From Blautia sp. (GTDB taxonomy: Bacteria > Bacillota > Clostridia > Lachnospirales > Lachnospiraceae), in assembly GCA_029257775.1 (NCBI GenBank), contig JARIAQ010000007.1, forward strand, positions 1,096-65,095: a stretch of 64,000 bases of DNA, given 5' to 3'. Shown piece after piece: positions 28,492-38,716 of the stretch. The position numbers and the translations under genes are program-made. The notes beneath the pieces were generated by a model, which was given only the letters and a program-made list of their open reading frames with translations, was not told the origin of the DNA and did not search any database. Numbering within the stretch: position 1 is the stretch's first letter; every line of letters starts with the position of its first letter.

Positions 28492-28694
28492 AGTTGTTCC
28501 TTTCCATTGCTTTTCTAGTAGGTTTGTTTAATTATAATATAGAAAAAGAATATAAAAATGTCAATAAGTATTAGTAATAAATAATATAAGTTATATTAAT
28601 TTTACTAATAAAGAGAAATGTGATAAACTATACAAAGAAGTGGCACAAAAAGAACATACAAAAGCCATTGCCTTATAGGTAGAAAGGAGCCCAC

Positions 28695-31600
28695 ATGAGC
28701 AGTGTAAAACGCGTCTATGTTGAGAAAAAAAAGGATTTTGCAGTTCAAGCAAAAGAATTAAGAAGTGAGATTGAAGGATATTTAGGGATTAAAGATGTAA
28801 CAGGCGTGCGTGTGCTGATTCGCTATGACGTTGAAAACATTTCTGATGAGGTATTTGAAAAAGCATGTACTTGTGTATTTTCAGAACCTCCAGTAGATGA
28901 TTTATTTAGAGAAACTTTTGAAATGGAAGAAGGTGCAAAGGCATTTTCAGTAGAATACCTTCCAGGACAGTTTGATCAGAGAGCAGATTCTGCTGTGCAG
29001 TGCGTGCAATTTTTAAAGGAAGATGAGACTCCGATTATTCGTTCTGCAACAACGTATGTAATCGAAGGAAATATATCTGATGAGGAACTGGAAGCAATTA
29101 AAAATCATTGCATTAATCCAGTGGATTCCAGAGAAGCAGAGGCTGTAAAGCCGGAAACTTTGGTAACAAAGTTTGAAGAACCAGAAGATGTTAAGATTTT
29201 TGATGGCTTTGTAGAAATGGAAGAAACAGCATTAAAAGAATTATATAATTCTTTAAATTTGGCTATGACATTTAAAGATTTTCTTCACATTCAGGGTTAT
29301 TATAAAAATGAAGAAAAACGCAATCCTTCCATGACAGAAATTCGTGTATTGGATACTTATTGGTCTGATCATTGTCGTCATACAACTTTCTCCACAGAAT
29401 TAAAAAATGTTACATTTGGTGAAGGCGATTACAAAGAGCCGATTGAAAAAACTTATGAAAAATATTTAGAAGATCGACAAGTGATTTATAAAGACAGAGA
29501 TGATAAATTTGTTTGTCTTATGGATTTAGCTTTAATGGCTATGAAAAAACTGAAAGCAGAAGGAAAACTGCAGGATCAGGAAGAATCTGATGAAATTAAT
29601 GCGTGTTCCATTGTTGTACCTGTAGATGTAGATGGAAAAGAAGAAGAATGGTTGATTAACTTTAAGAATGAGACACATAACCATCCTACAGAAATTGAGC
29701 CTTTTGGTGGTGCAGCAACCTGTTTAGGTGGAGCCATTCGTGATCCACTTTCAGGACGTACTTATGTATATCAGGCTATGCGTGTTACAGGTGCAGCAGA
29801 TCCTACTGTTTCTGTAAAAGAAACTATGAAAGGCAAATTGCCTCAGAAGAAATTGGTTCGTGGTGCTGCTCATGGATATTCTTCTTATGGTAATCAGATT
29901 GGTCTTGCAACAGGGTATGTGAAAGAAATTTATCATCCAGATTATGTTGCAAAACGTATGGAAATCGGTGCAGTTTTAGGAGCTGCTCCAAGACGTGGCG
30001 TTATTCGAGAAAATTCTGATCCAGGAGATATTATTATTTTATTAGGTGGTCGTACAGGACGTGATGGCTGTGGCGGTGCTACAGGTTCTTCTAAAGTACA
30101 TACAGAAGAGTCTATTGAAACATGTGGTGCAGAAGTACAGAAAGGTAATGCACCTACAGAGAGAAAGATTCAGAGATTGTTCAGAAGAGAAGAAGTTAGT
30201 AAAATTATTAAAAAATGTAATGACTTTGGTGCAGGTGGTGTTTCTGTTGCCATTGGTGAATTAGCAGCAGGATTGCAAATTGATTTAGATAAAGTTCCTA
30301 AGAAATATGCAGGACTTGATGGTACAGAAATCGCAATTTCTGAGTCACAGGAAAGAATGGCAGTTGTCATTGATCCGAAAGATGTAGATACTTTCCTTGG
30401 ATTTGCGAAAGAAGAGAATCTGGAAGCAATTCCTGTAGCTACGGTAACAGAAGAGCCAAGATTAGTTATGAACTGGAGAGGAAAAACAATTGTTGATTTA
30501 TCCAGAGCTTTTCTTGATACAAATGGAGCGCATCAGGAAACTGATGTATTTGTAGAAATTCCTAGTAGAGAAGATAATGTTTTAACAAAAACAAAAGAAG
30601 TAACAAACGTAAAAGAAACATGGCTTTCTACTTTGGCTGATTTAAATACATGTTCTCAAAAGGGACTTGTAGAAATGTTTGATGGTTCTATTGGAGCTGG
30701 TAGTGTATTTATGCCTTATGGCGGTAAATATCAGCTTACAGAAACACAAACAATGGTAGCGAAAGTTCCTGTATTAAATGGTAAGACCGAAACAGTTACA
30801 ATGATGAGTTACGGATTTGATCCTTATGTATCAAGCTGGAGTCCATACCATGGTGCCATTTATGCAGTTACAGAGTCTGTTGCACGTATTGTAGCAACAG
30901 GTGGAGACTACAGTAAAATTCGTTTTACTTTCCAGGAATATTTCCGAAGAATGACAGAAGATCCCCATCGTTGGAGTCAGCCTTTTGCAGCACTTTTAGG
31001 TGCTTATGCAGCACAGATTGGATTTGGACTTCCATCAATTGGTGGAAAAGATTCTATGTCTGGAAGTTTTAATGAAATTGATGTACCACCTACATTAGTA
31101 TCTTTCGCAGTAGATGTAGCAAAACAGAAAGATATTATTACACCGGAATTAAAGAATGCGGGAAATAAAATGGTATGGCTTCGTGCACCAAAAGCTACTT
31201 ATGATTTACCAGATTTTGAAGCTTTAAAAGAACAGTATAATAATCTACATGAAGATATTCAGGCAGGTAGAGTTGTTTCTGCATATGCATTAGATCGTCA
31301 GGGTATTGCAGCAGCAGTATCAAAAATGGCATTCGGAAACCAAATGGGTGTAAAACTTTTGGATACTGTAGACGAAGCTGCTTTATTTGGAGCAGGATTT
31401 GGCGATATTATCTGTGAAGTAGCCCATGATAAAGTAAATGAATTGAAGATGGATTGTGTAGTAATCGGTGAAGTAACGGATCGAGCAACTTTTGAATACA
31501 AAGATATGACAATTTCTATGGCGGAAGCAATGGAAACATGGAAAGCACCATTAGAGAATGTATTTAAGACACGTTCTGGATCTGAAACAGATGATGCAAC

Positions 31601-32462
31601 AAAGAATATGGATAAGGGATTGTATAATACGAAAGAAGTGCATATTTGCTCTCATAAAATTGCACAACCAACGGTATTTATCCCTGTATTCCCAGGAACA
31701 AACTGTGAATATGATAGCACCAAAGCTTTTGAACGAGCAGGCGCAAAAGTTATCACAAAAGTGTTTAAAAATTTAGATGCAGCGGATATTCGTGATTCTG
31801 TTGAAGCTTTTGAAAAAGCCATTGATCAGTCTCAGATGATTATGTTCCCAGGTGGATTTTCTGCTGGTGATGAACCAGACGGTTCAGCAAAATTCTTTGC
31901 GACAGCATTTAGAAATGAGAAGATGAAAGAAGCTGTTATGCGCTTATTAAATGAAAGAGATGGTTTGGCTCTTGGTATTTGTAACGGATTTCAGGCATTG
32001 ATTAAACTTGGCTTGGTACCGTATGGTGAAATTGTAGGGCAGACAGAGAATTCTCCTACTCTTACATTTAACACAATTGGACGTCATATTTCTAAGATTG
32101 TATATACAAAAGTTGTAACAAATAAATCTCCATGGTTGTTAAAAGCAGAACTTGGTAAAGTTTATGCAAATCCAGCTTCTCATGGGGAAGGACGTTTTGT
32201 AGCAAATGATGAATGGCTTCAGAAATTGTTTGCAAATGGTCAGGTAGCCACCCAGTACTGTGACATCCATGGAAATGTTACTATGGATGAAGAATGGAAT
32301 GTAAATGGTTCTTATTGTGCAATTGAAGGTATTACAAGTCCTGATGGACGTGTACTTGGTAAAATGGCACATTCTGAAAGACGTGGTGATGGTGTTGCTA
32401 TGAATATTTATGGTGAACAAGACATTAAACTTTTTGAATCTGGTGTGGAATATTTTAAATAG
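28695..32462 (+). CDS. purL: Phosphoribosylformylglycinamidine synthase, large fused form
   Basis: WSDHCRH, NETHNHPTEIEPFGGA, DFGAGG and SESQERM; glutaminase domain GGFSAGD, GICNGFQ, AHSER. Confidence 0.96.
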   Translation: MSSVKRVYVEKKKDFAVQAKELRSEIEGYLGIKDVTGVRVLIRYDVENISDEVFEKACTCVFSEPPVDDLFRETFEMEEGAKAFSVEYLPGQFDQRADSAVQCVQFLKEDETPIIRSATTYVIEGNISDEELEAIKNHCINPVDSREAEAVKPETLVTKFEEPEDVKIFDGFVEMEETALKELYNSLNLAMTFKDFLHIQGYYKNEEKRNPSMTEIRVLDTYWSDHCRHTTFSTELKNVTFGEGDYKEPIEKTYEKYLEDRQVIYKDRDDKFVCLMDLALMAMKKLKAEGKLQDQEESDEINACSIVVPVDVDGKEEEWLINFKNETHNHPTEIEPFGGAATCLGGAIRDPLSGRTYVYQAMRVTGAADPTVSVKETMKGKLPQKKLVRGAAHGYSSYGNQIGLATGYVKEIYHPDYVAKRMEIGAVLGAAPRRGVIRENSDPGDIIILLGGRTGRDGCGGATGSSKVHTEESIETCGAEVQKGNAPTERKIQRLFRREEVSKIIKKCNDFGAGGVSVAIGELAAGLQIDLDKVPKKYAGLDGTEIAISESQERMAVVIDPKDVDTFLGFAKEENLEAIPVATVTEEPRLVMNWRGKTIVDLSRAFLDTNGAHQETDVFVEIPSREDNVLTKTKEVTNVKETWLSTLADLNTCSQKGLVEMFDGSIGAGSVFMPYGGKYQLTETQTMVAKVPVLNGKTETVTMMSYGFDPYVSSWSPYHGAIYAVTESVARIVATGGDYSKIRFTFQEYFRRMTEDPHRWSQPFAALLGAYAAQIGFGLPSIGGKDSMSGSFNEIDVPPTLVSFAVDVAKQKDIITPELKNAGNKMVWLRAPKATYDLPDFEALKEQYNNLHEDIQAGRVVSAYALDRQGIAAAVSKMAFGNQMGVKLLDTVDEAALFGAGFGDIICEVAHDKVNELKMDCVVIGEVTDRATFEYKDMTISMAEAMETWKAPLENVFKTRSGSETDDATKNMDKGLYNTKEVHICSHKIAQPTVFIPVFPGTNCEYDSTKAFERAGAKVITKVFKNLDAADIRDSVEAFEKAIDQSQMIMFPGGFSAGDEPDGSAKFFATAFRNEKMKEAVMRLLNERDGLALGICNGFQALIKLGLVPYGEIVGQTENSPTLTFNTIGRHISKIVYTKVVTNKSPWLLKAELGKVYANPASHGEGRFVANDEWLQKLFANGQVATQYCDIHGNVTMDEEWNVNGSYCAIEGITSPDGRVLGKMAHSERRGDGVAMNIYGEQDIKLFESGVEYFK

Positions 32463-32482
32463 TAAAAAGTAATTAACATTGT

Positions 32483-32532
32483 AAAATCCCCTTAAAATAG
32501 CATTTCATAGTTATTTTAAGGGGGATTTTTTT
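32483..32532 (+). terminator. Intrinsic terminator after purL
   Basis: AAAATCCCCTTAAAATA / TATTTTAAGGGGGATTTTTTT. Confidence 0.8.
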
Positions 32533-32659
32533 GTTTTTTTTCAAAATCTTAAGAAAAAAGTTAGAATTTTATAAAAGAAATATAGGATTTAATTGTTATA
32601 ATAAAGTGGATTCAAGATGAGCATGCATGGTTCTGTACAAAAGAAAATGAGGTGTGAAA

Positions 32660-33625
32660 ATGGACAAAATATCAATTGTAATTCCTTGTTTTAATGAAGA
32701 GGAAGCAATTCCAGTATATTATGAAGAAATGAAGAAAGTTATGGAAGAGATGTCTTATGTAGACTTTGAATTATTTTTTATAGATGATGGATCTTCAGAC
32801 AAGACTCTACAGGAATTGAGAAATTTATCTAACAAGGATGAGAGATGTAATTATCTTTCTTTCTCAAGAAATTTTGGGAAAGAGGCAGCAATTTATGCAG
32901 GGCTTTCTCATATAACAGGAAATTATGGGGTTGTAATGGATGTAGATTTGCAGGATCCACCGGCTCTATTGGCTACAATGTATAAATTGTTGCAAAGCAA
33001 TGACTGGGATTGCGTAGCAACAAAAAGAGGTGACAGGAAAGGAGAACCTAAAATACGTTCTTTTTTATCGGATAGCTTTTATAAAGTAATTAATAAAATG
33101 TCAAAAACAGAGATTGTAAATGGTGCAAGGGATTTTCGTATGATGAAAAGAACTATGGTAGATGCTGTGCTTTCTATGAGCGAATACAATCGTTTTTCAA
33201 AAGGGATTTTTCAGTGGGTTGGTTTTCGTACCACGTGGATAGAATTTCCAAATACCAATCGCTGTGCAGGAACTACAAAATGGTCTTTACGCAAGTTAGT
33301 AGCCTATTCGTTGGAAGGCATTACAGGTTTTTCCGTAGCACCCTTATCCTTGGCATCGGTTGCAGGCATTGTTTTTTGCGGAATTTCTTTTCTTCTAATT
33401 ATTTTTATTATTATTCGTACGTTAGCTTTTGGGGATCCTGTTCCTGGTTGGCCTTCATTAGTGTGTATTTTATTTTTTGTAAGTGGAATTCAGTTATTTT
33501 GTACAGGAATTGTAGGACAGTATTTATCAAAGACTTATTTGGAAACGAAACACAGACCTCTTTATATTTTAAAGGAATCTCACGAGCAGAAGGAATATCA
33601 AGATGAAAAAAATAGAGAAAATTAA
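32660..33625 (+). CDS. GT2 polyprenol-phosphate glycosyltransferase (GtrB/CsbB-like)
   Basis: IPCFNEE, DDGSSD, SRNFGKEAA and MDVDLQDPP; two C-terminal transmembrane helices. Confidence 0.92.
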   Translation: MDKISIVIPCFNEEEAIPVYYEEMKKVMEEMSYVDFELFFIDDGSSDKTLQELRNLSNKDERCNYLSFSRNFGKEAAIYAGLSHITGNYGVVMDVDLQDPPALLATMYKLLQSNDWDCVATKRGDRKGEPKIRSFLSDSFYKVINKMSKTEIVNGARDFRMMKRTMVDAVLSMSEYNRFSKGIFQWVGFRTTWIEFPNTNRCAGTTKWSLRKLVAYSLEGITGFSVAPLSLASVAGIVFCGISFLLIIFIIIRTLAFGDPVPGWPSLVCILFFVSGIQLFCTGIVGQYLSKTYLETKHRPLYILKESHEQKEYQDEKNREN

Positions 33626-36113
33626 AATACCATTGATCCTGTTTGGGTTGTGCTTAGCTGTATGTTGGATTTTTGTATTGCAGTATGGAGTTTTCGGCTC
33701 AGACTTGGATTGGATAAACCAGCACAGTGTACTACCAGATTACTTTAGACAAAGATTTTATGAAACAGGACAGCTTTTTCCTGATATTGCATGGAATTTA
33801 GGTGCAGGTCAAAATATCTATAATTTTTCTTATTATGGTCTGTTTAATCCCGTTATCTGGATTTCGTATCTCCTTCCTTTTATACCTATGGGACTATATA
33901 TTCAGATTACAGCAGTTTTATCTTATGGAGCAGCTGTTGTGATTTTTTTCTGTTGGTTAAAAGAAAAGAAATGGGATGATAGAATCACTTTTGCATGTAC
34001 TTGTATGTTTATGTTGGCAGCACCGTTGGTTTATCATTCTTATAATCAGATTATGTTTGTAAATTATATGCCTTTTCTTTGTTCTGCTTTTGTGGGTGTG
34101 GATCAATATGCAAAAGAACACAAAAAAGCGTGGTTATTATGTGGTGTATGTGGAATGATACTCACCAGCTTTTATTTTAGTATAGGCGGACTCTTAGCAT
34201 TGGGAATATATGGTGTTTCAAAATTTACGCAAAAAGGAATAAAAGATTTTTTTAAAAACAGTATTGGGCTGATGGGAGTGTTGTTTCATGGGGTACTTTT
34301 GTGTGGTATTTTGCTGATACCTACTGCTTGTGTATTGTTTGGAAGAGGTCAAAGCGGATCTGAAAAAGAGATTATTGTTTCACTTTTTTCTGTTCGTGCG
34401 ACACATTTTTTGTATACGCCCTATGGTGTGGGACTGTCTGTGTTGGCATTGATTGCTTTATTTGATGGAATGGTATGTAAAACACAATGGAAGGAAAAAA
34501 TCATACCGATCAGTCTTTTTTTGATTTTGACGATTCCCTTTGTGGGATATGTATTAAATGGTGGGCTTTATGATAAAGGAAAAGTTTTTATTCCCTTTCT
34601 TCCTCTTTTCTGCATGGAGACTGCAAAGTATATGGAGCGTATAAAAGATAAAGAAAATAATTTTCGTTCCATTCTTCCATATTTTATAACAATTATTTTT
34701 CTTTTTGTAGGGAGAGGAGAAAAAGAATTTACACCATATTTTTTCTGGACACTTTTAGAGTGTGGATTGATGTTTATTTTCTTTCTTACAAGGAAAAAAT
34801 TTTCGAGTTATCCAGTGGCAGTATGGATTTCCTGTGTGATTTTGTTTTGCTCAGGGTGGGTAATCAATAAAGGTAGTAATCATATCATTCCGAAGGAGGA
34901 GTATGAAAAAGTTCTGGATCAAGATACCAAGGAGGAAATAAAGGAAATCTTAGATACAGATAGAAGCTGGTATCGCATAGAAGAACAGCAAGGGGGAAAA
35001 CAGGAATTACAAGATTTAAATAGAATACAAGATAGCAGACAGCTTATTACTTCTATGTATTCTTCAGCATATAACGAAGAATACAATGGTTTTCGTAAGG
35101 AAACCTTTGACTTAAATGAACATTTTCGAAATAATATGATGCAGGCTGTGTCAGATAATCCATTGTTTTTAAATCTTATGGGAGTGAAGTATATTATTAG
35201 TAATCATCCAGTGGCAGGATATGAACTTCTAAAAGAGAGGGATAGGGGAGAAGTGTATGAAAATCCTTCTGTAGCGCCAATTGCCTATGTGACCAATGAA
35301 GTTATGTCACAAAAGCAGTATGAGAAATTGAATTTTCCGGAAAATCAGACTGCATTTATGTGGAAAGCAGTTATAGAAGATGAAAAAAATGAAGAAAAAC
35401 TGCCTACTATGGATACTTATTTGTTAGAAATACCAGAAGTTAGCAATGGGAAAAATCAGATTAAAAAGAGTGGAGCTGGTTGGGATTTCTCACTCTCAGA
35501 AGAGGAAAAAATCTGTATTCCTTTGAAAGATATACCGGTAACAGAAGAGCTTTTATCTGTTCGATTTCAGGTAAAAAATAAAAGGGATGAAGATATTTAT
35601 ATAAGACTTGGTGGCCAGACAAATCGCCTTACAGCAAAGTCTCATGAGTATGCAAATGATAATAAGTCTTTTGCCTATACTGTTACATTGAATCAAGCAA
35701 AGCAGAATGTAGACTTTATTTTCGGCCCAGGGGAATATGAAATTTCTAATATGGAAGCATTTGTAGGAAATATGAAAAAATTAAGGAATGAGAACTTATA
35801 TGAGACACCTTTGAAGTTAAAAAAAATAGAAGGTGATACTTTAATATGTAGTGTGGATAGTAAAGAAGCAGGATATTTGATTACAAGTATTCCCTATGAA
35901 AATGGTTTTAAAATTTGTATTAATGGAGTAAAATCTTCTCTGGAAAAGGTGAATACTGCATTTTTAGGAACAAAAGTACCGAAGGGAAAAAGTACTATTG
36001 AAATTTCTTATCAAGCTCCGGGAAAAATATTGGGCTTTCTTTGTACTGATGTTGGAATCGTAGTTCTTTTATGGTATGCTATAAAAAATAAAAAATATAG
36101 GAGAAATCGATGA
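33603..36113 (+). CDS. YfhO-family (GT-C) membrane glycosyltransferase
   Basis: DWINQH, YYGLFNP, multiple transmembrane helices and C-terminal TSIPYENGF...KVNTAFLG; overlaps the GT2 gene. Confidence 0.85.
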   Translation: MKKIEKIKIPLILFGLCLAVCWIFVLQYGVFGSDLDWINQHSVLPDYFRQRFYETGQLFPDIAWNLGAGQNIYNFSYYGLFNPVIWISYLLPFIPMGLYIQITAVLSYGAAVVIFFCWLKEKKWDDRITFACTCMFMLAAPLVYHSYNQIMFVNYMPFLCSAFVGVDQYAKEHKKAWLLCGVCGMILTSFYFSIGGLLALGIYGVSKFTQKGIKDFFKNSIGLMGVLFHGVLLCGILLIPTACVLFGRGQSGSEKEIIVSLFSVRATHFLYTPYGVGLSVLALIALFDGMVCKTQWKEKIIPISLFLILTIPFVGYVLNGGLYDKGKVFIPFLPLFCMETAKYMERIKDKENNFRSILPYFITIIFLFVGRGEKEFTPYFFWTLLECGLMFIFFLTRKKFSSYPVAVWISCVILFCSGWVINKGSNHIIPKEEYEKVLDQDTKEEIKEILDTDRSWYRIEEQQGGKQELQDLNRIQDSRQLITSMYSSAYNEEYNGFRKETFDLNEHFRNNMMQAVSDNPLFLNLMGVKYIISNHPVAGYELLKERDRGEVYENPSVAPIAYVTNEVMSQKQYEKLNFPENQTAFMWKAVIEDEKNEEKLPTMDTYLLEIPEVSNGKNQIKKSGAGWDFSLSEEEKICIPLKDIPVTEELLSVRFQVKNKRDEDIYIRLGGQTNRLTAKSHEYANDNKSFAYTVTLNQAKQNVDFIFGPGEYEISNMEAFVGNMKKLRNENLYETPLKLKKIEGDTLICSVDSKEAGYLITSIPYENGFKICINGVKSSLEKVNTAFLGTKVPKGKSTIEISYQAPGKILGFLCTDVGIVVLLWYAIKNKKYRRNR

Positions 36114-37069
36114 AATACTATTTTGCCCCTATGGAGGGAATTACAGGATATACTTACAGAAATGTGCATCATGAGTTTTTTCCGGGAATCGATAAATATT
36201 TTACCCCATTTTTAACACCAGGAACAAAAAAATTAATGACACCCAAAGAATTGCGTGATATTTTGCCAGAGAATAATAAAGGGTATAATCTTGTACCTCA
36301 GATTTTAACAAATCAGGCACAGGATTTTATTCGCCTGGCAAAAGAATTAAGAGAATATGGTTATGAAGAAATTAATTTAAATTTGGGTTGTCCTTCTGGA
36401 ACTGTAACAGCAAAAAAGAAAGGATCAGGATTTTTAGAATTTCCTACACAACTTCAGAAATTTTTGACAGAAATTTTCGAAAATTTAGACATGAAAATTT
36501 CTATTAAAACAAGAATTGGAAAAGATGAACCAGAAGAATTTACAGAATTGCTTAAAATTTATAACCAGTTTCCTTTGGAAGAATTGATTGTGCACCCTCG
36601 AATTCAAAGAGATTATTATAAAAATGAACCTAGAATGGAGCAATTTGAAGAAGCGGTGGAACGGAGCAAAAATTCTTTATGCTACAATGGAGATTTATTT
36701 ACAAAGGCAAGATGTGAGGAATTTTTTGAGAAATATTCAACTATAGAAAAAGTAATGTTAGGACGGGGACTTTTGATAAATCCAGCGTTGGTTGAGCAGG
36801 TGAAAACAGGAGCGTTATTAGAAAAGGAAACAGTAAAAGCTTTTCATGACAGGTTGTGTGAGGTATATACAGAAGTTATGTCAGGGGATAAAAATGTTTT
36901 ATTTAAGATGAAAGAATTATGGTTTTATATGGGAAATTTGTTTATAGATAACCAGAAATATTTGAAGAAAATAAAGAAATCTCAGAATTTGAAAGAATAT
37001 CAGGCAGTAATAGAGGAAATGTTTCAAGTATGTCCATTGGAAGTAAAGGGAATGAATGATGAACGATAA
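36110..37069 (+). CDS. dus: tRNA-dihydrouridine synthase family protein
   Basis: APMEGIT, NLNLGCPS, KTRIG, HPR, YNGD and MLGRG. Confidence 0.9.
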   Translation: MKYYFAPMEGITGYTYRNVHHEFFPGIDKYFTPFLTPGTKKLMTPKELRDILPENNKGYNLVPQILTNQAQDFIRLAKELREYGYEEINLNLGCPSGTVTAKKKGSGFLEFPTQLQKFLTEIFENLDMKISIKTRIGKDEPEEFTELLKIYNQFPLEELIVHPRIQRDYYKNEPRMEQFEEAVERSKNSLCYNGDLFTKARCEEFFEKYSTIEKVMLGRGLLINPALVEQVKTGALLEKETVKAFHDRLCEVYTEVMSGDKNVLFKMKELWFYMGNLFIDNQKYLKKIKKSQNLKEYQAVIEEMFQVCPLEVKGMNDER

Positions 37070-37661
37070 ATTTATAAATCAGATTACAGAATTTATTTTT
37101 GTAGAAAATAAATTAGACAAATCAGATATAATTTTTATACCGGGAAGCGGTTTTCCTCAGTTAGCAGAAGAAGCCGCAAAATTATACCATCAGGGTATGG
37201 CACCTTATGTGTTACCTTCGGGAAAATATAGTATTTTAAAAGGGGAGTTTTCGGGGGTACAACAAAAGCAGAAACTTTATGACGGGAAATATGCAACAGA
37301 ATGGGAGTTTTTAAAAGAAGTTTTAAAGAAAAATCAAGTTCCAGAGGAACGAATTTTAAGAGAAGATCAGGCTACTTATACCTATGAAAATGCTATTTAT
37401 TCCAGAAAAGTTACGGATTATCTAAATATGGATATAGAAAAGGCAATTATATGTTGCAAACCTTATCATGCCAGAAGAAGTTTATTGTATTATCAATTAT
37501 TATATCCGAAGACAGTGTTTTATATGTATCCGATACAGGATAGTGATGTAAAAAGAGAAAATTGGTATTTCACGGAAAAAGGGATAGGTTTGGTGTTTGG
37601 GGAAATACAAAAAATTGGTGAACAATTTGTAGACCTTACAAAAGAGATGATAAAAATATAA
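37056..37661 (+). CDS. YdcF / DUF218 family protein
   Basis: DIIFIPGS, EDQATYTYENA and CKPYHARR. Confidence 0.85.
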   Translation: MMNDKFINQITEFIFVENKLDKSDIIFIPGSGFPQLAEEAAKLYHQGMAPYVLPSGKYSILKGEFSGVQQKQKLYDGKYATEWEFLKEVLKKNQVPEERILREDQATYTYENAIYSRKVTDYLNMDIEKAIICCKPYHARRSLLYYQLLYPKTVFYMYPIQDSDVKRENWYFTEKGIGLVFGEIQKIGEQFVDLTKEMIKI

Positions 37662-37702
37662 GCTAATCTGTCAAATATAAAATTACTGTGAAAGATTAGC
37701 TT
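37660..37702. terminator. Hairpin between the convergent YdcF and pflA genes
   Basis: AAGCTAATCT / AGATTAGCTT arms. Confidence 0.6.
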
Positions 37703-37711
37703 ATAAGATTA

Positions 37712-38464
37712 CTATTTTTTTGTCCGATATTTTCTAAAGCTTTCCAAAATGTAAGAACGTGCTTTTTCTGCGTCTTCTTTTGGAAGGTTTTCCATGCCTT
37801 TTAAAGGGTATTCTATATTCAATTCTAAATATTTTTGTTCTCCCATATTGTGATAGGGTAAAACATCTAAACCTTTAATATTGCTATAAGAGGCAAGAAT
37901 TTTCCCAATACCTTCCAATTCCTTTTTTGACGTTGTAAAATCTTTTACAATAACATGCCGAATAATTACAGGAACTTTTGCTGTTTCAGTGGCTTTTAGA
38001 AAGTCTAAAACAGGTGAAAGAGGTTGTCCGGTTAATTTTTTATGCTCTTCTGCAATACTGTGTTTAATATCTAATAAAATCAAATTAGTATAAGAAAATA
38101 ATTTTTCATAAGAAGAAGATTGTTTTTCTTTATATAAAATCCCAGAGGTGTCAAGACAAGTGTGTATGTTTTGGGCTCTTGCAGCCTGAAATAATTCAAT
38201 AATAAAATCCAGCTGCATAAGAGGTTCTCCTCCGGTAACGGTAATGCCTCCGTTTTGATAAAAACTTTTGTTTTTTTCATAGATTTTCAAAATTTCTTCT
38301 ACAGTCATAGATTGTCCTCTTTGGGGAGCCCAAGTGTCCGGATTATGACAATAGAGGCATCGCATAGGACAGCCCTGAAGAAAGACAACAAGTCTAATTC
38401 CAGGGCCATCTACTGTGCCAAAAGTTTCAATGGAGTGTATAAATCCTGTTTTACATTCCGTCAT
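37712..38464 (-). CDS. pflA: Pyruvate formate-lyase activating enzyme (radical SAM)
   Basis: [37 protein letters not shown] and LPYH. Likely ATG at 38464 overlaps the last codons of the glycyl-radical gene (the track start 38488 is the alternative). Confidence 0.95.
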   Translation of the reverse strand: MTECKTGFIHSIETFGTVDGPGIRLVVFLQGCPMRCLYCHNPDTWAPQRGQSMTVEEILKIYEKNKSFYQNGGITVTGGEPLMQLDFIIELFQAARAQNIHTCLDTSGILYKEKQSSSYEKLFSYTNLILLDIKHSIAEEHKKLTGQPLSPVLDFLKATETAKVPVIIRHVIVKDFTTSKKELEGIGKILASYSNIKGLDVLPYHNMGEQKYLELNIEYPLKGMENLPKEDAEKARSYILESFRKYRTKK

Positions 38465-38693
38465 GGAATGTTCTTGAGATAACTTCATCCTGTTGTTCTT
38501 TTGTCAGTTTGTGGAAGTTTACTGCATATCCGGACACACGAACAGTAAGCTGAGGATATTTTTCAGGGTGTTTTTGTGCATCCAAAAGGGTTTCTTTTGT
38601 AAACACGTTGACATTTAAGTGATGTCCACCTTTTTCTGCATATCCATCTAATAAGTTTACTAAGTTATCAATTTGAGTATTACTAATGTTCAT
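38451..38693 (-). CDS. Stand-alone glycyl-radical domain protein (GrcA-like; equals the C-terminal domain of PFL)
   Basis: NLVNLLDGY...HHLNVNV...[19 protein letters not shown]...[11 protein letters not shown]; own RBS AAGGAGG 7 nt before the ATG. Confidence 0.93.
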   Translation of the reverse strand: MNISNTQIDNLVNLLDGYAEKGGHHLNVNVFTKETLLDAQKHPEKYPQLTVRVSGYAVNFHKLTKEQQDEVISRTFHDGM

Positions 38694-38716
38694 TTGAATT
38701 TCCTCCTTAAAAAGTG

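Noticed and set aside
32548-32566. TTAAG-type response-regulator repeats before the GT2 gene (and at 11973)
   Set aside because: The second half-sites are too degenerate and the spacing is inconsistent.
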